The position numbers and the translations under genes were made by a program. Below, piece after piece: positions 39,544 through 49,730 of a stretch of DNA of 64,000 nt (the stretch's first letter is position 1; the number at the start of each line of letters is the position of its first letter). The DNA comes from an uncultured Alphaproteobacteria bacterium (GTDB taxonomy: Bacteria; Pseudomonadota; Alphaproteobacteria; Rs-D84), in assembly GCA_944390125.1 (NCBI GenBank), contig CALXOX010000004.1:23875-87874 (forward strand), read 5' to 3'. The notes below the pieces were generated by a model, which searched no databases, was not told the DNA's origin, and saw only the letters and a list, made by a program, of their open reading frames with translations.

Positions 39544-40573
39544 CATTATAAAGCGTATCACCATTTTGTTTTAATTGCTTAAAATCAACGCCATTACCAT
39601 CTGTCAATTCGGCAATAGATTTTATCTTTTCACCAGATATTACCTTACGTGCGGCGCGAACAATGGCGTTTCTTTCAGCGGAAAAGATTATTTGTCCATC
39701 TTCTGTTAAAGGAGATGCCAGTTCTTCTGCCCTAGTTAAACCAATGTTTGCATGCTCTTTAAAAGAAATTTCCTGTAAATGCCCAGCTACAAATATATTG
39801 CCATTCTTTTTATCAAAAAAACTTGGTATCACGTCAGCAGAGTTTTCATAAATCCAATCAGCAAACATATTATTGTGATATTGCATCATAGTATCTTCTG
39901 CAGATGCGAAAGATAGTGTATTAAATTTTTGCTTAGTCAATGGTGCAACTGGACTGTGCTGCACAACAAATAATTCATGCTGAATTTCTTTTATGTTATC
40001 TGGACTATACCCAAGTTCCAGCATTTTATCGTACATGTAATTAGCCATTTGCCAAATAGTTGAAGCACCTTGGCAATGTCCATAGTAAAAGTTTTTACGC
40101 ATTCTAAAGATTGCTTCATCTTTATTTAATGGTTGATTATCAGAATTTGAAATCCGTGGTAAAAGTAGTATATCAAATAATTGTTTTACGTAATTTGGAA
40201 TTGGTTCGTTTTTGCGCATTTTGTTCAGCGTCATATCTTGTTCGTACTTTACAATTGGATTTACATCCTCTTTTAACAAGCGACGACCAGCAATTCGGAA
40301 TTGCTCTGCGCGTTCTAGTTTGGCGGCTCGAGAACCAAAATTGTACACAACAGAGTAAACATCAATATCGTGGATGTCATACTCATATAGCAAAGTTTGA
40401 ATTTGTTTAGCATATGAATTTGCGGCTCTTTCTGATAACGCCAGTTCTCCGCCAAATGCGATTACTGATGGTTTGTCTACTGGAATTTTATCGACAATAA
40501 TACATCCAAAAGGGTTGTCTTCTGTTTTTGGTACACGCTTTATAATTTTTACACTACTTAAAGTATATGTCAT
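39491..40573 (-). CDS. Hypothetical protein (360 aa), possible hydrolase
   Basis: No clear family; contains GHCQGAS pentapeptide resembling a nucleophile elbow; 53-nt convergent overlap with the helicase gene. Confidence 0.35.
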   Translation of the reverse strand: MTYTLSSVKIIKRVPKTEDNPFGCIIVDKIPVDKPSVIAFGGELALSERAANSYAKQIQTLLYEYDIHDIDVYSVVYNFGSRAAKLERAEQFRIAGRRLLKEDVNPIVKYEQDMTLNKMRKNEPIPNYVKQLFDILLLPRISNSDNQPLNKDEAIFRMRKNFYYGHCQGASTIWQMANYMYDKMLELGYSPDNIKEIQHELFVVQHSPVAPLTKQKFNTLSFASAEDTMMQYHNNMFADWIYENSADVIPSFFDKKNGNIFVAGHLQEISFKEHANIGLTRAEELASPLTEDGQIIFSAERNAIVRAARKVISGEKIKSIAELTDGNGVDFKQLKQNGDTLYNVMLYDLRQQNLKPSHQK

Positions 40574-40956
40574 AAAGTTTTCTCCATCAATATTGCATCG
40601 ATTCCGTCGTAATATTTTGGGCGCTTGCCTATTTGTTTATAGCCACTATTTTCGTACAAAGCACGTGCTGCAGTATTGTTTTCTGCAACCTCTAAGAAAA
40701 TTTTTGTGCCTTCGTGTTTTTTTACGTCGTCTTCAATTAGTGTTAGCATTGCACTGGCGATTCCATTCTTTCTTGCATCGGGATGAACACCAATTGTTAT
40801 TATTTCTGCCTCGCCTGCGACAACACGCCAAACGGCAAATCCATTTTGACTGGCAATAATTTCGCAACCAGACTTCTTCAAATCTGCAAAATCTTGCGCT
40901 GTCCAAGGTTTGTGTGGGAAACAAGCCTTATGAAGATTTTCTAATTCGTTTAGCAT
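40570..40956 (-). CDS. rimI: Ribosomal-protein-alanine N-acetyltransferase (GNAT)
   Basis: GNAT motifs (…ITIGVHPDARKNGIASAML…); overlaps tsaB by 7 nt (conserved tsaB-rimI arrangement). Confidence 0.65.
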   Translation of the reverse strand: MLNELENLHKACFPHKPWTAQDFADLKKSGCEIIASQNGFAVWRVVAGEAEIITIGVHPDARKNGIASAMLTLIEDDVKKHEGTKIFLEVAENNTAARALYENSGYKQIGKRPKYYDGIDAILMEKTL

Positions 40957-41492
40957 TTTTTATTCTGTTCGGCATAACTTGGACGTAGATACATAGGAAC
41001 AACAGGTTCTTCAGTTTTCTTTGACAGTTTATCTTGAATGATTGGTAAGGCGTTATGCAAATCAAATGGTTTATGTCCAACTGTACGCGCCCATTGCATT
41101 TGTTTAACTTCTACATCGTCAATAGACATAGTGCAGGGGGCCAAGCCGTTTGCTGCGACAAAGAAGTCGCCTCGACCAGAATCAATTGCGACAAAAGCAT
41201 CTGGTGTTGCATGTAAATATAATTCAAATGCATTTACAGGAACTACAGGAATGTTTAAGCCCATTCCCAAGCCTTTTGCATAAGCAATGCCAAGGCGGAT
41301 TCCTGTAAAACTGCCTGGCCCAACAACTACACCGGCTGCTGTTAAATCAGACCAGTTAGCATTATTTTCTTTTAGAAATTTTTCTGTTTCGACAGGTAAA
41401 GCAATTGACTGCTTTTCTACATCAATATGCTTAAATTTGTCGTTCAATAAAAATTCCAGCCCATCAGTAGCTGTATTTATAACTAATATCAT
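40950..41492 (-). CDS. tsaB: tRNA threonylcarbamoyladenosine biosynthesis protein TsaB (YeaZ)
   Basis: MILVINTATDGLEFLL..., inactive Kae1/YgjD-like fold, ~180 aa. Confidence 0.65.
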   Translation of the reverse strand: MILVINTATDGLEFLLNDKFKHIDVEKQSIALPVETEKFLKENNANWSDLTAAGVVVGPGSFTGIRLGIAYAKGLGMGLNIPVVPVNAFELYLHATPDAFVAIDSGRGDFFVAANGLAPCTMSIDDVEVKQMQWARTVGHKPFDLHNALPIIQDKLSKKTEEPVVPMYLRPSYAEQNKKC

Positions 41493-41779
41493 CTGTTTTT
41501 ACCATTTTTTGACTGATATTTATTTTGCAACAGCTTATACACCAGACGTGCAAAAAGGCCGTTAGTTGAAGTAAAAGATTTGTCTTTTTTTGACATTGCT
41601 AGTGTGTAAATATAAACGCCTTCGCCGCAATAATCAGGGTCACGCTTTTCAGAAAAAATTTGCACATTACCATTTATAGACGTTTCGTAATTGGAATGTA
41701 GGGGCGTGTCGCTAAATTGAACGGGTGCGTTAGTTGTCTGTATTTCCCGATAAAGTTTATATTTCTCTATAAGATTCAT
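41489..41779 (-). CDS. Hypothetical protein (96 aa)
   Basis: ORF between the Lon-like gene and tsaB; no similarity to the Lon protease domain. Confidence 0.3.
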   Translation of the reverse strand: MNLIEKYKLYREIQTTNAPVQFSDTPLHSNYETSINGNVQIFSEKRDPDYCGEGVYIYTLAMSKKDKSFTSTNGLFARLVYKLLQNKYQSKNGKNR

Positions 41780-41795
41780 TTCTTCCTCGTGTTAT

Positions 41796-43553
41796 TTAAG
41801 CTCTGATTCCAAAACCAATTTTCTTAGACACTGCAACAGATTTACGCAAAGACAGTAATTCGTCTATTTTTTGTGTAGTAAATTCTGTTTTTACATCTTC
41901 GCAATTACACTCTAATAGGGTTCTGCGCAGTAAGGCCGTAATTTCACGTTGTAATTCACGAACACCGTCTTCAGACGTGTAGTTTCTGATTATATGACGC
42001 AAAGCATCGTCAGATATTACAATGTTCTCGACATTCCATCCTGTATCTTTTGCAGCACGTGAAATCAAGTGTTCGCGTGCAATTTGAACCTTTTCATCTT
42101 CGCTGTATCCAGGAATTTCGATAATTTCCATACGGTCTTTCAGTGCATTAGACATGTTCAGACTGTTCGCTGTTGCAATAAACAGGACGTTTGATAAATC
42201 AAAATCTACTTCCAAATAGTGGTCGCGGAAAGATTTGTTTTGTTCTGGATCCAATATTTCCAGCAACGCTGATTCTGGATCACCCCGCCAATCACGTCCC
42301 ATCTTGTCAATTTCATCCAATACAATGACAGGATTGTTTGCTTTGCAACGTTTTAGCGCATCCATTATTCGGCCTGTTTGAGCACCGATGTATGTTTTAC
42401 GATGACCGCGGAAATGGGCTTCGTCAGAAATACCACCCAAAGAAATCCGCTGGTACTTACGCCCCAACGCAGCTGCAATAGATTTACACAAGGATGTCTT
42501 TCCAACCCCAGGCGAACCGACAAAGCATAAAATGCTGCCTTGATTACCGCCAGTCTTTTTCATAACTGCAATGTGTTCCAGTATTCTTTCTTTTACAGCC
42601 TGCATGCCGGAGTGTTCCGAATCTAAAACAGTACGAGCCGTTTTTAAATCAATTGGCATCTTGTCAGACTTGCCCCAAGGCATAGCCAATAACTCTTCTA
42701 GATATGTTTTTAATAATCCACCTTCGTTAGACATAGGCGACATACTGCGCATACGTTTCCATTCAGACATGGCTTTTTCTTTTGCGTCTTGTGGCATAGC
42801 CGATCGCTCTATACGCTTACGCAGGTTTTCCGTATCCATTTCTTCGCTGTCATCGCCCATTTCTTTCTGTATAGCGCGCATTTTTTCTTGTAAGATTGCT
42901 TCGCGGCGACCGTTTTCCATTTGTTGATGAATACGACGATTGATAGATTCCTCAATTTTTGCTGTTTCAGCCATCAGATTTATTTGTTCCAGCAATAACA
43001 TCAATTTATCGCGCCAAGATTGAGCACGTAAAACCCGAACTGCATCATCAGTATCTATATCTGCAGATTGAATTACAGAATCAACAAAAGCGGCAATTGG
43101 GTAGTTCTGAATAATTGCACGCATTTTATCCAGTTTGAATTTACGTACAGCGGATAAGGCTTGCATATTTTCCGCAACTTTATCGCGCAGGGCAATTGTT
43201 TGTTCAAAATTACTGTCGTCCACAATTTCAACAGGCTCTGTTTCTGCGGTAAACAGACCATTCTCAACGTTTATATCTGATAGATTTACAACATCTGTTG
43301 TGCGTATAATTGCGTGTAAAGTACCATCTGGCAAACGCAAGACTTGCGCTATGTCACCAATAGTACCAACGTCATAAACATCATCTGCAGTGGCTGGATA
43401 TGCCCAACTGTGCTGAGGAGTTATAACTAACTTCTGGTTAGACTTTGTTGCGGCCTCTATACAAGCGACAGATAAAGGATTATCGATATATACTGGTACT
43501 GTCAAACCAGGATGTACGACTAAATCGCGAAATGGTAAAATATAGTTTCTCAT
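41796..43553 (-). CDS. lon: Lon-like ATP-dependent protease homologue with Lon N-terminal domain and AAA+ module but no S16 peptidase domain (truncated Lon; possible pseudogene)
   Basis: Collinear with E. coli Lon through the N-domain (FRDLVVHPG..), the coiled-coil region (EKMRAIQKEMGDD) and AAA+ (GSPGVGKTSLCKSIAAAL, VIVLDEIDKM, sensor region). The ORF ends where the protease domain should start, and no PKDGPSAG/catalytic Ser-Lys dyad follows. Confidence 0.65.
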   Translation of the reverse strand: MRNYILPFRDLVVHPGLTVPVYIDNPLSVACIEAATKSNQKLVITPQHSWAYPATADDVYDVGTIGDIAQVLRLPDGTLHAIIRTTDVVNLSDINVENGLFTAETEPVEIVDDSNFEQTIALRDKVAENMQALSAVRKFKLDKMRAIIQNYPIAAFVDSVIQSADIDTDDAVRVLRAQSWRDKLMLLLEQINLMAETAKIEESINRRIHQQMENGRREAILQEKMRAIQKEMGDDSEEMDTENLRKRIERSAMPQDAKEKAMSEWKRMRSMSPMSNEGGLLKTYLEELLAMPWGKSDKMPIDLKTARTVLDSEHSGMQAVKERILEHIAVMKKTGGNQGSILCFVGSPGVGKTSLCKSIAAALGRKYQRISLGGISDEAHFRGHRKTYIGAQTGRIMDALKRCKANNPVIVLDEIDKMGRDWRGDPESALLEILDPEQNKSFRDHYLEVDFDLSNVLFIATANSLNMSNALKDRMEIIEIPGYSEDEKVQIAREHLISRAAKDTGWNVENIVISDDALRHIIRNYTSEDGVRELQREITALLRRTLLECNCEDVKTEFTTQKIDELLSLRKSVAVSKKIGFGIRA

Positions 43554-43647
43554 AGTGAATGTAATATAAGAGTTTTTTTATCGTTTTTCAAGGTCTATAA
43601 AAAAATCCCCAAAAGGGGACTTTTAAAAATATTGTCGCACATTTGAA

Positions 43648-43878
43648 TTAGCGGCGACGACCATTAAAACCGCTATATTGAGCGCTGTTGCTGGAGCGTT
43701 TTGACAGATAGCGTGCTGCAATCAACGCCAACCATTCAAAAGCCAATAAACCCATCCAACCTAATTTTACATCCCAGCCTGGCATCCAACCCAATACATA
43801 AACAATTTGTGCAATGAAAGAGATATATAAAATACCAAACATTCCTGTAAAGAATACTTTTTTAATTTTTCCAAACAT
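43648..43878 (-). CDS. Small membrane protein (2 TM)
   Basis: 76 aa with two hydrophobic helices and a basic C-terminus; followed by a terminator hairpin at ~43600-43620. Confidence 0.35.
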   Translation of the reverse strand: MFGKIKKVFFTGMFGILYISFIAQIVYVLGWMPGWDVKLGWMGLLAFEWLALIAARYLSKRSSNSAQYSGFNGRRR

Positions 43879-43899
43879 ATCTTGCCTTTTTAGTTATTT

Positions 43900-44225
43900 A
43901 AAATAGAACCGGGTTTCTGTTGCCGGGCACCCGGAAAGCCCCGCAATAAGCTAAACGGACATAACTAACAATTGCCAATTATGCCCAACGCCATATTAGG
44001 CAGCCATTGCAAGGCGAACGTTGTCGTTCGCAGCGATTCTATCGCCATTCAGTTTTTATTCGGCTTTTAACGACGCCATGTCGGATTCAACCGATTTGCC
44101 TTTACTGCGCCTGTCGAAACTATGTCAGCCCCATGATTTTTTGTTGGTGGAGCTGTGGGGTACCGCCCCCCAGTCCAAAACGACTATTCCGCAACGGCTT
44201 CAGAATCATCATCGCTTTCACGACA
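43900..44225 (-). ncRNA. ssrA: tmRNA (ssrA), circularly permuted two-piece alphaproteobacterial type; tag peptide ANDNVRLAMAA
   Basis: Minus strand. Acceptor-piece 3' end ...GGGGGGCGGTACCCCACAGCTCCACCA (44134-44160), then coding piece starting GGGGCTG (pairs with CAGCTCC). Tag ORF GCG AAC GAC AAC GTT CGC CTT GCA ATG GCT GCC TAA at 44032..43997. Upstream TTGCAA-16-TATAAT promoter (44232-44259); terminator-like hairpin + T-run near 43900-43935. Ends approximate. Confidence 0.65.
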
Positions 44226-44267
44226 GAAATAATTATAATATTTATGGTGGCAATTGCAAGTTTTTAA

Positions 44268-45786
<1,519 letters not shown>

Positions 45787-45875
45787 GTAAAAACATAAAG
45801 TTATAAAAATTTGCTTTTTGGGCGTTTATCTGATAAACTCTTGGCAGAAATCTTAACACATAAAGGAGAACAAAG

Positions 45876-46502
45876 ATGGCAGTATCATTAAAAGGTACAC
45901 AGACCGAAAAGAACTTGCTGATCGCTTTTGCTGGCGAATCACAGGCACGTAATCGCTACAGCTTTTTTGCATCAAAGGCAAAAGATGAAGGATATCAAGC
46001 AATTTCCAAAATCTTTTTAGAAACAGCAGAACAGGAACGCGAACATGCATCTCGTTTGTTCAAGTTTTTAGAAGGTGGTGATTTGGAAATCACAGCGTCT
46101 TATCCAGCAGGTAAGATTGGAACAACCTTGGAAAATTTGCAGGCTGCAGCATATGGTGAACATGAAGAAAACACAGTGATGTATCCTAAATTTGCACAGA
46201 TTGCTGCACAAGAGGGTTTTGATGCAATTGCTTCTGTTTTGAAAAACATTGGTTATGCGGAACGTTATCACGAATCTCGCTATCGTGCTTTGATTGAAGC
46301 AATTGAAACGGGCACTTTGTTTAAGCAAGACAAAATTGTTATGTGGCGCTGCACAAATTGTGGTATGTGGCACATTGGTACAGAAGCACCAAAAGTATGC
46401 CCAGCTTGCTTGCATCCACAGGGCTATTTCATCAGCGAAGGTACAATCTCTCGTTGTGATACAAACGAAGGTTTCTGCGAATACGCAAAAATCGATGACT
46501 AA
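45876..46502 (+). CDS. rbr: Rubrerythrin (ferritin-like diiron domain + C-terminal rubredoxin-like Cys4)
   Basis: ExxH diiron motifs (EQEREHASR, EHEEN), C-terminal CTNCG...CPAC; RBS aaaggag. Confidence 0.8.
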   Translation: MAVSLKGTQTEKNLLIAFAGESQARNRYSFFASKAKDEGYQAISKIFLETAEQEREHASRLFKFLEGGDLEITASYPAGKIGTTLENLQAAAYGEHEENTVMYPKFAQIAAQEGFDAIASVLKNIGYAERYHESRYRALIEAIETGTLFKQDKIVMWRCTNCGMWHIGTEAPKVCPACLHPQGYFISEGTISRCDTNEGFCEYAKIDD

Positions 46503-46511
46503 CAATAAAAG

Positions 46512-46537
46512 ACCGCCTGAAAAGGCGGTTTTTTTTG
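46512..46537. terminator. Bidirectional rho-independent terminator
   Basis: accgcctgaaaaggcggt hairpin + T8; lies between convergent rubrerythrin and PNPOx-like genes. Confidence 0.6.
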
Positions 46538-46549
46538 TAAGGTTTATAA

Positions 46550-46969
46550 TCAAATCAAGCCGGATTTCATTTCGTTCCCGATGTAAAACTTATACATTTT
46601 GGGTATAAATTTTAGCAGGGCAAAATTCGGGTCATCAAAACCAGTAAAACCAAAATCTGCATATTTATCTTGCCAATATTTTTCTTTTTCATTGATGTCG
46701 GTTACGTTTTCCATTTGACCGAACAAACGCACGGCGTGACGTGTTTCTGGGTTAAAATAGTATAAACAGCAATTATTGTTTTTTTGCAATTGCAGATATT
46801 TTGGAGAATCTTTAATTGTCAAAAATCGCAAATCAATTGCTTCAATATTTTGGTTCATACCGTTCATAACATGGCGTGTTTCAGGATAACCATCCAAACG
46901 ATTGGTACAAAGTTGCACAGAATCACAAGCTTTAATTATGTCAATTATAGATTTAGTTGTTTCGTTCAT
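46550..46969 (-). CDS. Pyridoxamine 5'-phosphate oxidase-like FMN-binding protein (general stress protein 26 family)
   Basis: 139 aa, PNPOx split-barrel-like sequence pattern. Confidence 0.45.
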   Translation of the reverse strand: MNETTKSIIDIIKACDSVQLCTNRLDGYPETRHVMNGMNQNIEAIDLRFLTIKDSPKYLQLQKNNNCCLYYFNPETRHAVRLFGQMENVTDINEKEKYWQDKYADFGFTGFDDPNFALLKFIPKMYKFYIGNEMKSGLI

Positions 46970-47438
46970 TTTGTTTTATCTCCATCTCATCTAGAATATC
47001 TTCGAACTTTCTTAAAGAAGAATTTTGACAGCCACGTCCACGCCAAGTCATCAATTCTTCGCCTGTAATTTGGTCGGCAATAGATATATTGAAGTTCCAC
47101 CACCAAAAGCCATTAAAAGCACACCAAATTGGCGCAATGCGTTCACGACGTTCTTTGACTTTGACGACATATCTTGCTTTCGTAGGTACATGATATGTAT
47201 CTATTTCAGAATCCCCGTCTGCATCTGTCCATTCTTTGGATTCTTTAGCAGAACCTACTACAACGTCATAGCCACGCTCTTCCATTTTTTGTTTTATACT
47301 TTTACGCATGGAATAGCCGCCACGGTCAGCATAAAATGTTTGTGTTGGGTCAATTGTGTTAGGTTTTACATAAATACTATTACATCCAACCAACAGAAAG
47401 GCAGAAGTAAAAAGCAACCTATAAAAATTCATGTACAT
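46953..47438 (-). CDS. Putative lipoprotein
   Basis: Start at MYMNFYRLLFTSAFLLVGCN (lipobox LVGC); the ORF-track extension to 47507 is discarded. Confidence 0.45.
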   Translation of the reverse strand: MYMNFYRLLFTSAFLLVGCNSIYVKPNTIDPTQTFYADRGGYSMRKSIKQKMEERGYDVVVGSAKESKEWTDADGDSEIDTYHVPTKARYVVKVKERRERIAPIWCAFNGFWWWNFNISIADQITGEELMTWRGRGCQNSSLRKFEDILDEMEIKQNERNN

Positions 47439-47541
47439 TCCTTTTATAGAGCTCATTGTACAAAGATGAAGGGTATAAAGACAAGGTAAATTGTTAAAAT
47501 CTTGCAATTTTTAGAGTTCTATTTATAATGATTTGGGACCA

Positions 47542-47618
47542 GCACCCGTGGCTCAACTGGATAGAGCATCGCCCTCCGAAGGCGGGGATTGCGCGTTCGA
47601 ATCGCGCCGGGTGCGCCA
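47542..47618 (+). tRNA. tRNA-Arg (anticodon CCG)
   Basis: GCACCCG acceptor, D-loop AACTGGATAGAGC, anticodon loop CTCCGAA, T-arm GCGCGTTCGAATCGCGC, CCA encoded. Confidence 0.8.
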
Positions 47619-47648
47619 AAAATACACCAAAAAGTAAAAACTGTGCTT

Positions 47649-48455
47649 TTATCTAATTTTCTTTTTGTTGGCGTTATGCCATAAAATAGATTTCCCAATA
47701 TTGGTCAAATTTATTACTTTCTGAATCTTTTTATGATTTAGTTTGTTCCCAGAAATGTTTTCATAGTAATCAACTAAATCCATCGGATTCTGACCAACCT
47801 GTTGGTATTTTGCAGCCATCATTCCAAAGGCGTAATTCTTGTCTGCAATAGCTATTTCATCTAAATCAACAAAACCGGCTAATTTTTCGTTTTCGTCAAC
47901 GATGATGTTTTTAGGAGTCAGACAACAGTGATATACGCCGATATCGGCGATAGGGCATTTATTCATTTGTTTGACGGTTTCTGAAAACACTAATCCAAAA
48001 AGCTTATTGTTTACATCAGAAATATTTCTGCGTGCAACCTGGTGTATGTACCTTGTTTTTGTATTTTCTAACAGATTTATGCAAATAGAGTCCATTTTAG
48101 AAAAGTTATAAACAATATCATGATAAATATATTGTATTTTTTCGCCAGACAAGCCATTGCCAATATGTTCGTACAGCGTTTTGCCGTCTATTATCGGATA
48201 AACTTCCAGCCAATACTCCTCATTCTTTCCCAGTTTGATATCAGGAACTCTGATGCCTGCATTTATAAAGGCTTGACTGACAACAGCATTCTTTTTTGCT
48301 AATTCTTGACAGTTGAACTTGCATATAAACGTTCCATCCAAAGAATTTACAACAAACACATTCTTTTGACTGCCTTGGATGCGCGGAACTTGAATGTTGC
48401 GTACATATGGCACAATGCTTCTTATAGCAGGGAAATAATTCAAAATTTTTGACAT
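47649..48455 (-). CDS. Phosphotransferase-family kinase (APH/choline-kinase-like fold)
   Basis: Catalytic-loop-like HCCLTPKNIIVD and DFG-like GFVDLDE motifs. Confidence 0.45.
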   Translation of the reverse strand: MSKILNYFPAIRSIVPYVRNIQVPRIQGSQKNVFVVNSLDGTFICKFNCQELAKKNAVVSQAFINAGIRVPDIKLGKNEEYWLEVYPIIDGKTLYEHIGNGLSGEKIQYIYHDIVYNFSKMDSICINLLENTKTRYIHQVARRNISDVNNKLFGLVFSETVKQMNKCPIADIGVYHCCLTPKNIIVDENEKLAGFVDLDEIAIADKNYAFGMMAAKYQQVGQNPMDLVDYYENISGNKLNHKKIQKVINLTNIGKSILWHNANKKKIR

Positions 48456-48522
48456 AAAATACCCTTATTATTGTTGTCAAAAAATATTTTATGTCAATTT
48501 TTTATAAAGTCAAGTCCAAGTG

Positions 48523-49609
48523 TTATTTCGCGGAGGCTTGGTTTCGCTGTAGATTTGCAAGCATAAAATCATCTAAATCGCCGTCCAATACAGCATTAGA
48601 ATCTGTTTTTTCAACTCCAGTGCGAACGTCTTTGACCAGTTGATACGGATACAGGACATAATTTCGTATTTGGCTGCCCCATTCAATCTTCTTTTGTTGT
48701 GCAAGCGCAGCATTTTCTTCTTCGGCGCGCTTTTGTAGTTCTAATTCATACAAACGACTACGCAACATTTTCATAGCCATTTCTTTGTTCTGAATTTGAC
48801 TGCGTTCGTTTTGGCACGTTACTACAACGCCTGTCGGCAAGTGCGTAATTCTGACTGCGCTATCAGTTTTGTTTACATGCTGACCGCCAGCCCCAGAAGA
48901 ACGGTATGTATCTATACGCAAATCTTTATCGTTTATCTCTATCTCAATAGAGTCATCAACATCCGGCCAGACGTCAACTGAAGCAAAACTGGTTTGCCGC
49001 TTACCATTTGCATTAAATGGCGAAATGCGAACCAAGCGATGAACGCCAATTTCGTTTTTTAGCCATCCATAAGCACGCTCGCCTGTTATGCGATAAGTTA
49101 TATTTTTGATGCCAGCTGTATCACCTTCGTGTTCTTCAATAACTTCACATTGAAAGCCATGACGTTCGGCCCAGCGTGTGTACATTCTGGACAACATTTG
49201 CGCCCAGTCTTGGGCTTCTGTTCCACCGGCACCTGCCTGAATAAACAAGAACGCTCCGTTGTTGTCAGCGGGATCGCTAAAAAGTGTTATAAACTTTGCC
49301 TTATGAGATTCTTTTGCTAGTTTTTCTATGGCGTCTAAAATTTCTTTGTCTTCTGGCGCCATTTCATATAGGTCAGATAAATTGGAATATTCTGATTCTA
49401 ATTCACGTAATTGATTTAAAGACTTTTCTAAACTGGATTTTTTTTGCAACAACGCCCTGGCATTGTCGGGATTATTCCATAAATCTGGATTGTTTGTTTG
49501 CTCGGTCAGTTCGGCGATTTGTTGCTCTAATTTTTCTGGGTCAAAGAAACCCCCTGACGGCAGATATGTCGTCTGAAATTTGGGTCAAAGTTTCATTTGG
49601 TATAATCAT
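48523..49609 (-). CDS. prfB: Peptide chain release factor 2 with programmed +1 frameshift
   Basis: Frame 1 starts ATG at 49609 (MIIPNETLTQISDDISAVRGFL) and ends at in-frame TGA within AGGGGGTTTCTTTGAC (49541-49556; internal SD AGGGGG, slippery CUU UGA C). The +1 frame continues DPEKLEQQIAELTEQ... into the ORF-track 309-aa product carrying the SPF and GGQ motifs. Confidence 0.85.
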
Positions 49610-49730
49610 AACGTCTGCATATTAGCAAGTTAAACCAGTAAATCAATCTTTTTGTACTTCGTAAGTGAAATGAACGTTTGCCTTTTTTTTCTCAATGTGC
49701 TAAAATTTCTCTAACGAGAGGGATTCCAAT

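Noticed and set aside
41779-41800. Possibility that the Lon truncation is a simple frameshift hiding the protease domain
   Set aside because: The downstream ORF in other frames (41489..41779) has no PKDGPSAG or Ser-Lys dyad region, so a single indel cannot restore a Lon protease domain. Kept as a finding rather than dismissed.
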